This document shows, one piece after another, positions 38,001-46,411 of a stretch of DNA of 64,000 bases. The translations under genes were made by a program, and so were the position numbers. The stretch is from positions 3,996 through 67,995 of the IMG/VR virus record IMGVR_UViG_3300043449_001484. One strand, written 5' to 3'. Each line of letters begins with the position of its first letter. Position 1 is the first letter of the stretch. Origin of the DNA: a virus. A model generated the notes under the pieces. It saw nothing but the letters and a program-made list of their open reading frames with translations, made no database searches and had not been told where the DNA came from.

Positions 38001-39466
38001 TTGCTACCCCAACTCCACAATGAGTTGTTGATTTTTATCGCACTAGCGGTAGAATTACCCCCGTTGTAAACTGATTTCCAATTAGTTAGCGTTCCAATTT
38101 GAGTTGGCAAAGAGCGGTCAAGTGTTGTTCCATCACCTACTTGCCCTACGTTATTACCCCCCCATCCCCACAAAGATCCATTCTGGGCGACCGCTACCAT
38201 AGCCGTAGATAGTCCTGCTACAGAAGCATATTTGCGTGTACCAAGATCCACTACTTGCGGGGTTGAGAAGTTTGCTGCGCCTAACTGGCCTGATGCATTT
38301 CCAGCGTTTCCTCCGTTCCAGTTATACCCATCGGTAGTTGCAAATAATGAGGCATTAACACCCATCGCAATAAAGGTGCAATCACTTCTGGCTCCAATTT
38401 GGATTGGGCTACTGTAGCTCGCTGTGGTTTGAACACCAAACTGACCTGCGTTATTTACACCCCAAGCCCAAATAGTCCCATCAGATTTTTTTGCCGCTGC
38501 TGAAGATGTTTTAAGCGAAATATCATTCCATGTTGTTAGGGTACCAATCTGCACAGGAGAAGACTTGTTTACCGTAGACCCATCACCAACTTGCCCGGAT
38601 GTGTTTAATCCCCATGCCCACAAAGTGCCGTCTGTTTTTAAGGCAACAAAAACGTTAGTCCCCGCAGCAACTTTGCTCCAGTTACTTAACGTGCCAACCT
38701 GAACTGGCGAACTTCTTGAGGTAGTTGCGCCTGAACCTAATTGACCATCATTGCCTTGCCCCCATGTCCATAGGGTGCCGTCATTTTTAACGGCAGCGCA
38801 TGAAAGAAGACCTGCTACAGCGTAAGTCCAAGTAGTTAGTGTCCCAATTTGAATAGGGGATGATTTACTAATTGTCGTGCCATCCCCCAATTGACCATTA
38901 CCATTACCGCCCCAAGACCATAGCGTTCCATCCGTTTTAATAGCAACAGAAGTGGATGCTTGACCCCCCACAAGGCTCCAGTTAGTTAATGTGCCAACTT
39001 GAACGGGGCTGCTGTAGGTAGTTAGATTACTGGTGCCAAGAACGCCAGAAGGGTTGTTGCCCCACCCCCATAAAGAGCCATCTGTTTTGATTGCTTGGGC
39101 ATAATTAAGCCCAACATTAATTTGACTCCAGTCAGTCAAAGTCCCAACTTGAACGGGTGAATTTCTTGCGGTAGTGGTTCCGTCTCCAAGCGTTCCAGTG
39201 CCGCCCGGCCCCCATGCCCACAACTGACCCGTTGCAGTAATAGCTAGGGTATGGTTTGCACAACCACCAGTCACAAACGTCTTCTTAAGCGCAACAGCAA
39301 CAGGCGAGCTACGACCAACAGTAGCCGTAACAAGGCCAATCCCTAAACGACCGTTAGTATTAGCCCCCCATGAATACAAATAATTGCCGACTAATCCTGC
39401 TGCTCCAGATATAAACTGACCCCACGCCCGTGAGGTCATCGCAGCCAAACGTGATGCGATAGGCAT
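35090..39466 (-). CDS. RCC1/BLIP-II-like repeat protein, putative receptor-binding tail protein
   Basis: About 28 repeats of (W)xWG.N..GQLG.G.....SSPVQIGTLTNW; very Ser/Thr-rich. Confidence 0.88.
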   Translation of the reverse strand: MPIASRLAAMTSRAWGQFISGAAGLVGNYLYSWGANTNGRLGIGLVTATVGRSSPVAVALKKTFVTGGCANHTLAITATGQLWAWGPGGTGTLGDGTTTARNSPVQVGTLTDWSQINVGLNYAQAIKTDGSLWGWGNNPSGVLGTSNLTTYSSPVQVGTLTNWSLVGGQASTSVAIKTDGTLWSWGGNGNGQLGDGTTISKSSPIQIGTLTTWTYAVAGLLSCAAVKNDGTLWTWGQGNDGQLGSGATTSRSSPVQVGTLSNWSKVAAGTNVFVALKTDGTLWAWGLNTSGQVGDGSTVNKSSPVQIGTLTTWNDISLKTSSAAAKKSDGTIWAWGVNNAGQFGVQTTASYSSPIQIGARSDCTFIAMGVNASLFATTDGYNWNGGNAGNASGQLGAANFSTPQVVDLGTRKYASVAGLSTAMVAVAQNGSLWGWGGNNVGQVGDGTTLDRSLPTQIGTLTNWKSVYNGGNSTASAIKINNSLWSWGSNTNGELGNSTWGTANQSLTFPTQFTDSQYSDVSYGTGGLYIKSGALYAAGNNNSYQLGDGTTLWRSSPIQIGTQTNWSKVYSGNNYSLAIKTDGTLWAWGDRAGYVHGPSATNLANTAAFSSPVQIALSYGTLGNSGSSRYVTHSLTQEGYLVGWGNNSNSQIGNGTVTSSSGPQVIDTNIWSSISDGSATSLGIKSNGTLWGWGTQNYGELGVGNLTTYSSPIQIGTLSNWSKASTGFITNYFINTTGELYAAGANNAGQIGDGTTINKSSLTQIGTLTNWLSVSEANYSVGAIKTDGTLWSWGANTFGQLGDGTTVDKSSPIQIGTLTNWSSICVGNNYMISLKNDNTLWAWGYNPSGQLGTNNATNYSSPVQIGTLTTWSKIAAGGETSVALKNDGTIWSWGNNSVGQLGLGDTTNRSSPVQIGTLTSWTDIKVLGTGTPYTRSYFKNTSNQVWTCGDNTNGSGTAPYYVLGVGVPSPVPVPIQVGTLSTWADASVYGGSNNDGYVLLRGTNGSLWSAGYNGYGQLGQGDVTSNYLIRQVGTLTNWSKLFTASYSSLSIKNDGTLWAWGDNAQGQLGDGTVTAKSSPIQVGTLTNWSYMKSSSTNFNGSVSAVKTDGTLWSWGKNNVGQLGLGNTVTYSSPVQVGTLNNWAYSFNTDSNSFFVKNDNTLWSVGLGSFLGDGTTSSKSGPVQIGTGYSGLISGSYVTNGVVVAQKTDNTIASWGYGYTGPSDTTAVVPAYIYLPSVSSPVQIGTLTNWSTDIVKTDGSLWAWGNGNNGVLGLGDTVTRLSPTQVGTLTDWAVASKGNQTGAIKTTGTLWTWGAGTSGALGSGSTVSRSSPVQVGTLTNWSKIAVSNQADFMLARKTDGTLWAWGSNSGGYLGDGTTTNRSSPVQIGTLTTWVDVFTASTSSYALRNDGTIWAWGVNAAGQLGDGTTTNRSSPVQVGTLTNWVSGINARSTFTGGLATS

Positions 39467-39476
39467 TTGCTACCCC

Positions 39477-40865
39477 TTATGCAAACTGAGTCTGAGATGC
39501 AAAGACAGTGAATGTCGCAGCGCCCGTCTTGACGATGGTGTACACATAAGCGTCAATACTGCTGGCGTTACCTGAGCTTGGTGCTGCACCACCCTGCCAC
39601 TTGGGCGTTATGGCATTACCATCTACTTGAACCGCGTTGTTGTAATACGGCGTTGCGCCCTGTGTAACCAAGAAAGCCACAGTAATACTTTCGCCTGTTG
39701 CCATTGCAGTATCCAAGGAGGTGCCGCCGCTTGCGCGGAAGTTCACCGTCCAGTTGGCTGCTGCATTACTGGTGTAATACAGAACAGACTGTGTGGTTGC
39801 ATCATAGTTAATCGTACCTGTTGCTGCCGTGGCGGATACTGTTACAGCCTCCAGCGCGTTTACAAACTTGGATGCAAGGACGCTCGTCGAGCCGGAGAAC
39901 GTCTGCTTTGCAGTGAATGTGGTTGAAATAGCCGCAGCTGCAAAGCTCGAAAAGGAAAGATTGCCCGAGCCATCCGTAGAAATACCCTGACCAGACGATC
40001 CGTCCGTTGCAGGCAAAACATACGTCAGGTTTGAGGCCACCGATGCCGGAGCTTTTAACCCAATGTAATTAGTGCCATTGTCCGTATCTTCATACAAACG
40101 CAAATCAGCTGCCGAAGACGAAGTTCCGGAGACATTTATCGTCCCAGTAAACGTCGGCGCTCCAGCATCATCCAAAGTCGCGCCCGTCGAGTTCTGGAGC
40201 AACTTGCCCGTGGTTAGATCAAACCGGGCAAACGCATTGTCGGTAGACGACGCCGGTCCAACAACGTCACCTCCCAAACCTGTCGCATTAATCGTAATCG
40301 ACCCAGAGCCATTTGTGATTGTGACCCCGGTTCCCGCCGTAAGCGTCGCCTTCGTTAAGGTGTTACCAGTGCTGTTGCCAATCAAAAGCTGACCATCGGT
40401 GTACGTAGTTTGACCCGTACCTCCGGATGGAACAGGTAACGCCGACCCAAGCGTTAAAGAAGTGGCGTGATTAGTTACATCAACAACATTCGTCGCGTTG
40501 TTGAAAACGATCATCGTCTTACCCGCAGGCACCGCAATACCCGTTCCTGTCGAGTTCTTGACAGTAACGGTATCCGCAAGGCCGTTATTGACGATGTACT
40601 GTTTCTCAATCGCAGGAACAATCAGGTTCCTAGCGCCACCAGACGTCCCCGTCAGATTCAGACGCAAAGCCCGCGCATTCTGCGCAGCATTCGTATCCGT
40701 CAGTGTCAGCGTTACGTCTCCGCTGGAAAACGAAACGTCCGCCGAACCTGTAATGGCCTGCTCAATAGCAGTACCAAGATTGGTGTTTGTAGTTGAACCC
40801 CACGTACCTGATTGCTCGCCCGTAGCAATGAGTTCTATCTTGAGATCGCTATATGTACTTGCCAT
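39477..40865 (-). CDS. Tail fibre protein
   Basis: MASTYS.L.IELIATGEQSGTWG N-terminus, GGTG motif, Gly/Thr-rich. Confidence 0.8.
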   Translation of the reverse strand: MASTYSDLKIELIATGEQSGTWGSTTNTNLGTAIEQAITGSADVSFSSGDVTLTLTDTNAAQNARALRLNLTGTSGGARNLIVPAIEKQYIVNNGLADTVTVKNSTGTGIAVPAGKTMIVFNNATNVVDVTNHATSLTLGSALPVPSGGTGQTTYTDGQLLIGNSTGNTLTKATLTAGTGVTITNGSGSITINATGLGGDVVGPASSTDNAFARFDLTTGKLLQNSTGATLDDAGAPTFTGTINVSGTSSSAADLRLYEDTDNGTNYIGLKAPASVASNLTYVLPATDGSSGQGISTDGSGNLSFSSFAAAAISTTFTAKQTFSGSTSVLASKFVNALEAVTVSATAATGTINYDATTQSVLYYTSNAAANWTVNFRASGGTSLDTAMATGESITVAFLVTQGATPYYNNAVQVDGNAITPKWQGGAAPSSGNASSIDAYVYTIVKTGAATFTVFASQTQFA

Positions 40866-40877
40866 TTTTTACCCCTA

Positions 40878-41642
40878 TCAAGCCGCATCCACTTCTACCC
40901 AAGTGACACTTTGCGAGTCATCCACCACGGACCAGCTACTTGCTTGGGCATCGTTGACCGCCACCCAGTTAATGGTCTGTGAATCATCCACGATAGTCCA
41001 CCCCCCTATCGTAACCGACCCTACTGCCCCCGTGCCAACTACCCCAGTGACTATCTTACTATCGTCTATCTCGACCGAAACGGTGCCTAATATTGCAGTC
41101 GCAGACACCCCGGAAACCGTAATCGTCTCATTTGTCGACGCAACAACTGTTCCAACTGCCCCCGTCCCGACCACACCAGAAACGGTGATCGTGGTGTCAA
41201 TGACAAACGAAACAACACCTATCTGCCCTGTCCCGACTACACCAGTAGGCTGGTAATCCGTGTCAATCTGGAAGGTAACCGTACCTACATCACCGGTTCC
41301 TGAAACACTGTCTGACGTAACCCGAATTAAAGGAACGACGTCTGAAACAAACCCGCTTCCTTCTACTCCAGTCAGGGTTACTGAACTGAAAATATAAACA
41401 GAAACGGCACCTATACTGCCAGTGCCGTTAACGCCATTCGGAACAACGATGTCGTCAACGACGACTTGGAAACCACCAACTAAACCAGTCCCATCAACTC
41501 CTGTTGGTACAACCGAAACGACAACGCCGACCGTGCCAACTGCACCAGTGCCAGAAACACCAGTTACAGAAAGCTCTTCAAGATCAAGGCCCCAAGAGCC
41601 CCTGCTCCAAGGACCTGAACCCCATCCGACGTAGTCCGCCAC
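40878..41642 (-). CDS. Virion protein with Val/Gly/Thr repeats
   Basis: Repeated TGV.GTG.VG.V units; Trp-containing ends. Confidence 0.7.
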   Translation of the reverse strand: MADYVGWGSGPWSRGSWGLDLEELSVTGVSGTGAVGTVGVVVSVVPTGVDGTGLVGGFQVVVDDIVVPNGVNGTGSIGAVSVYIFSSVTLTGVEGSGFVSDVVPLIRVTSDSVSGTGDVGTVTFQIDTDYQPTGVVGTGQIGVVSFVIDTTITVSGVVGTGAVGTVVASTNETITVSGVSATAILGTVSVEIDDSKIVTGVVGTGAVGSVTIGGWTIVDDSQTINWVAVNDAQASSWSVVDDSQSVTWVEVDAA

Positions 41643-41654
41643 ATTGTTTTCCTA

Positions 41655-42116
41655 TCAAGCAATGCGAATAATCGCTGTTGCAGCTGCAGCAGCGGGAAAC
41701 TGAATCTGAAAATCGCCAGAACTCACCTGCTGGTCCCCGCCAAAGCTCAACACCGCACACGCGGGATTGCCTGAAGCCGTGTCGTTGTAAATAATTGCAC
41801 CAGACGTAGTAAACGTCGCTGCAGACCACGTCGTGTTGTCGAAGTCACACACCGCCGTGGTGCCGTCCGCTACAGGCGTAACCGATGTCAGCGTATTGCC
41901 GCCAGTCGTATATCCGTTTCCATTAACCAGCTCATCAGAGTTGCTGGTCAGGTTGTCGTAACTTGTCGTAGCAGCGCCATACGTACCAGTGACAGACGCG
42001 GTAGCCTTACCCAAGGCAATCTTAAACGTGTCGCCGGTAGACGCAGTAAAGTTATGCACAGCCTTCAGGATCTCTACCTTGAAAGACGTCGGCATTGCTG
42101 TAGTAAATCCCGCCAT
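41655..42116 (-). CDS. Conserved virion structural protein
   Basis: TSFK.E.L...HNF, GYTTGG, FP.A.A.TAIIRIA. Confidence 0.7.
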   Translation of the reverse strand: MAGFTTAMPTSFKVEILKAVHNFTASTGDTFKIALGKATASVTGTYGAATTSYDNLTSNSDELVNGNGYTTGGNTLTSVTPVADGTTAVCDFDNTTWSAATFTTSGAIIYNDTASGNPACAVLSFGGDQQVSSGDFQIQFPAAAAATAIIRIA

Positions 42117-42117
42117 G

Positions 42118-42405
42118 TCAATTCTCCAAAAGTTTTATCAGTTCCGGATGCCCCGCTTCACGCAAACGATTGGCGAGGGTCGTATTATGCGAAGCCACGG
42201 CTTGACGCATGTATCGTATAAGCACTGCACGAATCTGGGTGCGGAAAGCCTCTGCCTGATCACGAATGACCGGATGTGAACCTTCCCCAATGTAAACAAT
42301 CTTTTCCAACGCCATCTCAGCCACTTCCTCCGGCGTAAACCCCCGCCCAGAGACAGAAACGGCCTTGACTTCACCTAATAAAACGCCTCCACTCGCACTA
42401 ATCAT
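42118..42405 (-). CDS. Conserved hypothetical protein
   Basis: GRGFTPEE...IRDQAEAF motif. Confidence 0.65.
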   Translation of the reverse strand: MISASGGVLLGEVKAVSVSGRGFTPEEVAEMALEKIVYIGEGSHPVIRDQAEAFRTQIRAVLIRYMRQAVASHNTTLANRLREAGHPELIKLLEN

Positions 42406-43061
42406 GGTCCGGGTGACTCCGACTTAACCTTCAAACGAATCATGCCGTCTCTGTACTCATCGCGACGACGGCGACCTTGCTGCTCAATGCCCAGACCCTG
42501 CAGCGCCTGTTTGTAGCTATTCTCGAAGTACCCCAGCATCTCCCCCGGACCCTTGGTATAGCTGTAGGCCTGAATCAGGCACGCATATAAAAGGGCCTCA
42601 GGAGCGTTGATGCTTACCCAAGTAGTCGTATTGGTAGAAGACAACTGTGCCGGTCGGTAAATGTAACCAAGCTCAACCGGGAAGTTTGAATTAGGCGTAG
42701 GCGCCACATAAAAAGTGTTCTGGTCCCACACCGAGTAATACTTCGGAGTCCCAACATCACTGCCGTCCGCCCAGTATTCTTTCATGAACGACGTGTCGCG
42801 GAAGCTCAGGAAAATCTGATCCCCGGAGGCGTTCGTTATCATGATGTACCGATGCGTCAGCAAGTCGGTAGGTGCCGTCAAAAACTTATTACCGGAAGTC
42901 ATGGTGCCGGTAACCTCTTTTTTGAAGACATCCAAATCAATATCCCTGAGGATACGATTCTCAGCCATGGTGATGAACGTATTGATCACCGAGCTCGTGA
43001 AGACATTGCTTCCGACCTCAGTGTAATTACGTATGTTAGTAACCAGTTCGTCGTAGGTCAT
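42402..43061 (-). CDS. Head-tail adaptor-like protein
   Basis: MTYDEL...AENRI...GTPKYY...LLYACL..AY..K. Confidence 0.7.
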   Translation of the reverse strand: MTYDELVTNIRNYTEVGSNVFTSSVINTFITMAENRILRDIDLDVFKKEVTGTMTSGNKFLTAPTDLLTHRYIMITNASGDQIFLSFRDTSFMKEYWADGSDVGTPKYYSVWDQNTFYVAPTPNSNFPVELGYIYRPAQLSSTNTTTWVSINAPEALLYACLIQAYSYTKGPGEMLGYFENSYKQALQGLGIEQQGRRRRDEYRDGMIRLKVKSESPGP

Positions 43062-43063
43062 GG

Positions 43064-43423
43064 CTAAGTTATGACAATCGTTACATTCCCCACTGCCCCA
43101 TATCCAATAGGTGGCGCCTGCAAAGGATACGGTCGCATATCAGTAATATTTTGCGCCGCATATGCACTGCCCCTACTCTGGAACGCTGAATCAGCAGGCA
43201 TCCCAACAAACACCGTCGTGGGCTCCACCCGGTCAGGCCTCGGATCTTGCAGTGCTATTGCGTCACCTTTGTAACGCAACGGATCTAACTGCGGCTCCTT
43301 CGGCTCGTAATCGTCCGGACAAACCTTAAACCCACGCCAGTTCTTCTTTAATACGTTGTACGGATAACGCTGACCACAGTAGTCGCATAATCCAAACGAA
43401 AACTTTCCGGTAGCAAACGCCAC
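43064..43423 (-). CDS. Conserved zinc-finger protein
   Basis: CDYCG...VCPDDYEPKEPQ...PRPD. Confidence 0.7.
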   Translation of the reverse strand: MAFATGKFSFGLCDYCGQRYPYNVLKKNWRGFKVCPDDYEPKEPQLDPLRYKGDAIALQDPRPDRVEPTTVFVGMPADSAFQSRGSAYAAQNITDMRPYPLQAPPIGYGAVGNVTIVIT

Positions 43424-43424
43424 A

Positions 43425-44090
43425 CTATGCTCCTAACTCCGGAACAAAATAGGCACTTGCAATGTCCCGATCCTCTGCAGCCGCACGGGCAAACTCCTCC
43501 TCATACAGCTGTTTCATCATCACCGTACGCTCCGGTGCATACTTTAACGACAAGTAATACGACAGTCCTGCCGCTAAACAAGGCAAAAACCGGAAGTTGA
43601 CGTCCGCCGTGTTTGTATACCCTCCCGCATCCTGAATCCTGCGAATACGGTAATACCGCAACTGATAAGGCTGGTTGGGCGTAGGGTACAGAAACACCTT
43701 CGGAACATTCGTACGCTGAACGTAATACTGCGCAGGCTGCGCCTGCGTGGTCTTGTCCGGTATGTTCAAATACTCAGCGCGACTGATGCGCTCAATAATG
43801 ATGTCCGTGGCCGGACTTTGCCCTGTCAAACGTATAACAGCGGACAGAACATTGACCGTATCTGTAGGCAGGGAGATTTCAGTATCCCCCTGCACCAGAT
43901 TGTAAGTAGCTAAATCAATAGTCCACAGGTTCAACCCACGATTCGCCCAATCCAAAAACATCAGATTCAAAGAACGACGGGCCGTAGAAAGCTGTTTGCC
44001 GTTGGTCATTTGCATGCCCAACCGCTCAAACGCCTCCTCAACCAGTTCTTCGATCTGGAGGTCGAATACCGTTGTACCTGAGGTAGCCAT
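43425..44090 (-). CDS. Tail adaptor / tail tubular protein A-like
   Basis: MATSGT...EEAFER...ARRSLN..F.DWANRG.NLWT. Confidence 0.7.
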   Translation of the reverse strand: MATSGTTVFDLQIEELVEEAFERLGMQMTNGKQLSTARRSLNLMFLDWANRGLNLWTIDLATYNLVQGDTEISLPTDTVNVLSAVIRLTGQSPATDIIIERISRAEYLNIPDKTTQAQPAQYYVQRTNVPKVFLYPTPNQPYQLRYYRIRRIQDAGGYTNTADVNFRFLPCLAAGLSYYLSLKYAPERTVMMKQLYEEEFARAAAEDRDIASAYFVPELGA

Positions 44091-44309
44091 TTAGCACATA
44101 CCGCCTTTTTTGTAGCCCTTGACCATGCCACCGCCCATCATCTTCTTGCCCATAGCCATCTTCTTATGCTGATTAACGGCACCGCCGTTTTTCATCATCA
44201 CAGGGCCAGTTTTGTTGCTTGTCTTTGACAGCATCTTGTTGCGAGGACCACTCTCTACGCAACCGCCGCCTTTGGTAGCAGCACCCATTCCACGTCCAGC
44301 CATGATCAC
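44091..44309 (-). CDS. Small Lys/Met/Gly-rich basic protein with KxGG motifs
   Basis: ATKGGG, MKNGG, MMGGG, YKKGG. Confidence 0.7.
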   Translation of the reverse strand: MIMAGRGMGAATKGGGCVESGPRNKMLSKTSNKTGPVMMKNGGAVNQHKKMAMGKKMMGGGMVKGYKKGGMC

Positions 44310-44503
44310 ATTCCTTTCTTAGCTTTACCGCCCTTTTTCATGCCCATGGCCATCAAGCCGCCATAACCCGTTTTACCGCTTTTCATTGCACGACCCTTAG
44401 CATCCGAGCCCTTTTTCTTCATTGCACGACCTGCCATATCTGAGTTCTTCATCAAAGAACCATCAGGCATCTTATGCATACCCTTGGGAATAGACTTCTT
44501 CAT
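44306..44503 (-). CDS. Small basic protein
   Basis: GMHKMPDG.LMK, GRAMK twice, MKKGG. Confidence 0.7.
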   Translation of the reverse strand: MKKSIPKGMHKMPDGSLMKNSDMAGRAMKKKGSDAKGRAMKSGKTGYGGLMAMGMKKGGKAKKGM

Positions 44504-44670
44504 TTCTTAGCCTTTCTTTTTGGTGGTTTAGCCGTTTTGGCCGATTCGATAAACGCCTGTGTCGTAGGCGCGCCTTTGGTTCCCGGCTTACGCATTTTCT
44601 CGCCCGAACCCGCTGCGATACGTTTGCGTTTAGCCAAAATATTTGCGTAAAGACCCGGCTTGGTTGCCAT
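44500..44670 (-). CDS. Small basic protein (56 aa)
   Basis: Hand translation MATKPGLYANILAKRKRIAAGSGEKMRKPGTKGAPT...; ATGA overlap with the next gene. Confidence 0.7.
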   Translation of the reverse strand: MATKPGLYANILAKRKRIAAGSGEKMRKPGTKGAPTTQAFIESAKTAKPPKRKAKK

Positions 44671-44672
44671 AC

Positions 44673-44912
44673 TTATCTCCGCTCAATCAAACGATCAATC
44701 TTTTCTTCAATACGATTGAAACGCTGGTCAATGTGTTCCGTAATACGTTCTACTTCAGCATTTGTAACATTGTCGCGAGCAATCTCTTCGCGAGTACGGT
44801 TAAGCAGGATCGTTATGCGAGAGAGTTCACTAAACTTCTCATGCATGATATAACCCAAAATACCCATTAAAAGGGTAAGAGCGCCGCTCCAAATCTCCAC
44901 AAACTGCACCAT
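44673..44912 (-). CDS. Membrane-anchored coiled-coil protein
   Basis: N-terminal TM, LLNRTREEIA, RIEEKIDRL. Confidence 0.65.
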   Translation of the reverse strand: MVQFVEIWSGALTLLMGILGYIMHEKFSELSRITILLNRTREEIARDNVTNAEVERITEHIDQRFNRIEEKIDRLIERR

Positions 44913-44919
44913 CTTCTCC

Positions 44920-45213
44920 TTAGCATTTCCAGCGGCGACGCGCTTGGCGAATACGGCTGTTCGGATCCTTGGCCGCGTCCGGATACATTTTCATCTGCCC
45001 AGCAGACCGCGCACAAAACGACTTACGACGCTTCGCGCGCGCAGGCGATGGATCCTTTTCAGTCACCGCCGTTTGCAACTTGCTGCCGGGATTAGCACGA
45101 CGATAGGCCGCAACGCCTTGTTTCGTCATGCCTGCACCCGACTTGGTGGGTCGGAAATTTCCCGACTTGACCGAAGTTGCAATGCCCATGCCCTTGGACT
45201 TTTTAGTGGCCAT
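44920..45213 (-). CDS. Conserved basic phage protein
   Basis: NPGSKL...RRKSFCARS...DPNSR...RRWKC. Confidence 0.75.
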   Translation of the reverse strand: MATKKSKGMGIATSVKSGNFRPTKSGAGMTKQGVAAYRRANPGSKLQTAVTEKDPSPARAKRRKSFCARSAGQMKMYPDAAKDPNSRIRQARRRWKC

Positions 45214-45215
45214 GG

Positions 45216-45521
45216 CTAAACCGCTGCTCCACCCACAAATAGCACTGTTACACTGTCTATCTCAGTGTCTGCAATGTCGATGTAGACCCCATCCTTAAAA
45301 AGAATTCCATCGTCTGGGAAAATCAAATCGACTGCGCCAGCTGCCGCAGGACTGTGGATAGTAAGCAGGGCAGTTCCACCACTTGTACTACCGTTTTTTA
45401 GGGAAAACGAAGACGCCGTGCTACTACAGGTGTAGTAAACACCTTGTACGCGTGTCCTACCGCTAATTGCAGCATCAGATTCAGTCTTCGTTACCGCCGA
45501 GACATCACTTGCGAAGCTCAT
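45216..45521 (-). CDS. Small virion protein
   Basis: Beta-rich, P..GILF..G motif. Confidence 0.65.
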   Translation of the reverse strand: MSFASDVSAVTKTESDAAISGRTRVQGVYYTCSSTASSFSLKNGSTSGGTALLTIHSPAAAGAVDLIFPDDGILFKDGVYIDIADTEIDSVTVLFVGGAAV

Positions 45522-45688
45522 TGCTCTGTTCCTTCCGTAGACTCTGGATCAGGTAGATCCAGTCTAGCGACCAAGGCATTCAACACATCAATTGCTGCTT
45601 GTGCAGCAACGGCCACTTCATGCGCGTGGTTCCGTTGCTTTTCCATGTTCGCTAACTCAGAGAGTAAGTATTCTTTAGTGATCTGCAT
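45518..45688 (-). CDS. Small coiled-coil protein (56 aa)
   Basis: Hand translation MQITKEYLLSELANMEKQRNHAHEVAVAAQAAIDVLNALVARLD...; coupled to both neighbours. Confidence 0.6.
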   Translation of the reverse strand: MQITKEYLLSELANMEKQRNHAHEVAVAAQAAIDVLNALVARLDLPDPESTEGTEQ

Positions 45689-46263
45689 CAGGCTGTATCC
45701 GATACCATAAGGTAGTACGTAGTACCAGAAGCATTCTTGATTGGGATCACGTGAGAAACAGCAGCAGCAGACTCAGTAGCCACCATAGCATTTGGGAACA
45801 CAGCAAAGGTGCTAATGGCTCCAGTTCCGCTATTGGTCATACGCAGGTACGAAGCGTTCGTCCAAGTACCGCCAGTAGCAAAATCTGAATCCAATTGCAG
45901 TGCTGCAATCGTTCCGCCCGGATTAGTTGAGCTACCACCCAGAGTTACACGTAGTGCATTACCCGCACCAGAAATAGTGCCACTACCGTTAATTGATAGG
46001 GAAATGTGTGCACCGTTAACAGTGCCACCCGTTGCCGCATTTGCACCCGTTACACGAGTAAATGCACGCAGCGTTTCCCCCGAACCGGTCGAGGTGATGT
46101 CCAAACGGCTGTAATTCAGACGTGTATCGCCTGTGGTTGCTGAACTAGTAACATACGAGCTTGAAACATTGCCCGAAGTGGTTACTGCGATAGGGGAAGT
46201 AGCGGAGCCCGAAATAAAACCGTTGTCAGATGCAACTGGGCCCGAGAACGTAGTTCTTGCCAT
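45688..46263 (-). CDS. Capsid decoration/head fibre-like protein
   Basis: MARTTFSGPV.S.NGF N-terminus; Gly/Thr/Ser-rich; follows the MCP gene. Confidence 0.65.
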   Translation of the reverse strand: MARTTFSGPVASDNGFISGSATSPIAVTTSGNVSSSYVTSSATTGDTRLNYSRLDITSTGSGETLRAFTRVTGANAATGGTVNGAHISLSINGSGTISGAGNALRVTLGGSSTNPGGTIAALQLDSDFATGGTWTNASYLRMTNSGTGAISTFAVFPNAMVATESAAAVSHVIPIKNASGTTYYLMVSDTA

Positions 46264-46269
46264 TTTGAT

Positions 46270-46350
46270 AATCCTCACATGCGAGATTTATGGCATATCT
46301 GTCTGCATGTCGTCAGCCGGGACTGTCAGATATGCCGGATAAGCCCGGAA
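46270..46350 (-). ncRNA. Structured RNA downstream of the gpT-like MCP gene (resembles the Mu-gpT-DE motif)
   Basis: GGCAUAUCUG/CAGAUAUGCC 10-bp stem; internal ACAUGC complementary to GCAUGU next to the RBS; position matches the described motif; covariance model not run. Confidence 0.6.
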
Positions 46351-46380
46351 TAACTCAAATATACACGACTGGCTGTAAAA

Positions 46381-46409
46381 GAAAAGGGGAGCCGAAGCTC
46401 CCCTTTTTC
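46381..46409 (-). terminator. Intrinsic terminator after the MCP gene
   Basis: GGGGAGC-UUCG-GCUCCCC-UUUUCUUUU. Confidence 0.9.
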
Positions 46410-46411
46410 TC

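Noticed and set aside
35090-39466. Diversity-generating retroelement target
   Set aside because: No reverse transcriptase in the genome and no adenine-specific template/variable repeat pair noticed
40498-41256. Long antisense ORFs here and throughout the structural region
   Set aside because: Shadow ORFs of biased minus-strand genes, with no recognisable motifs
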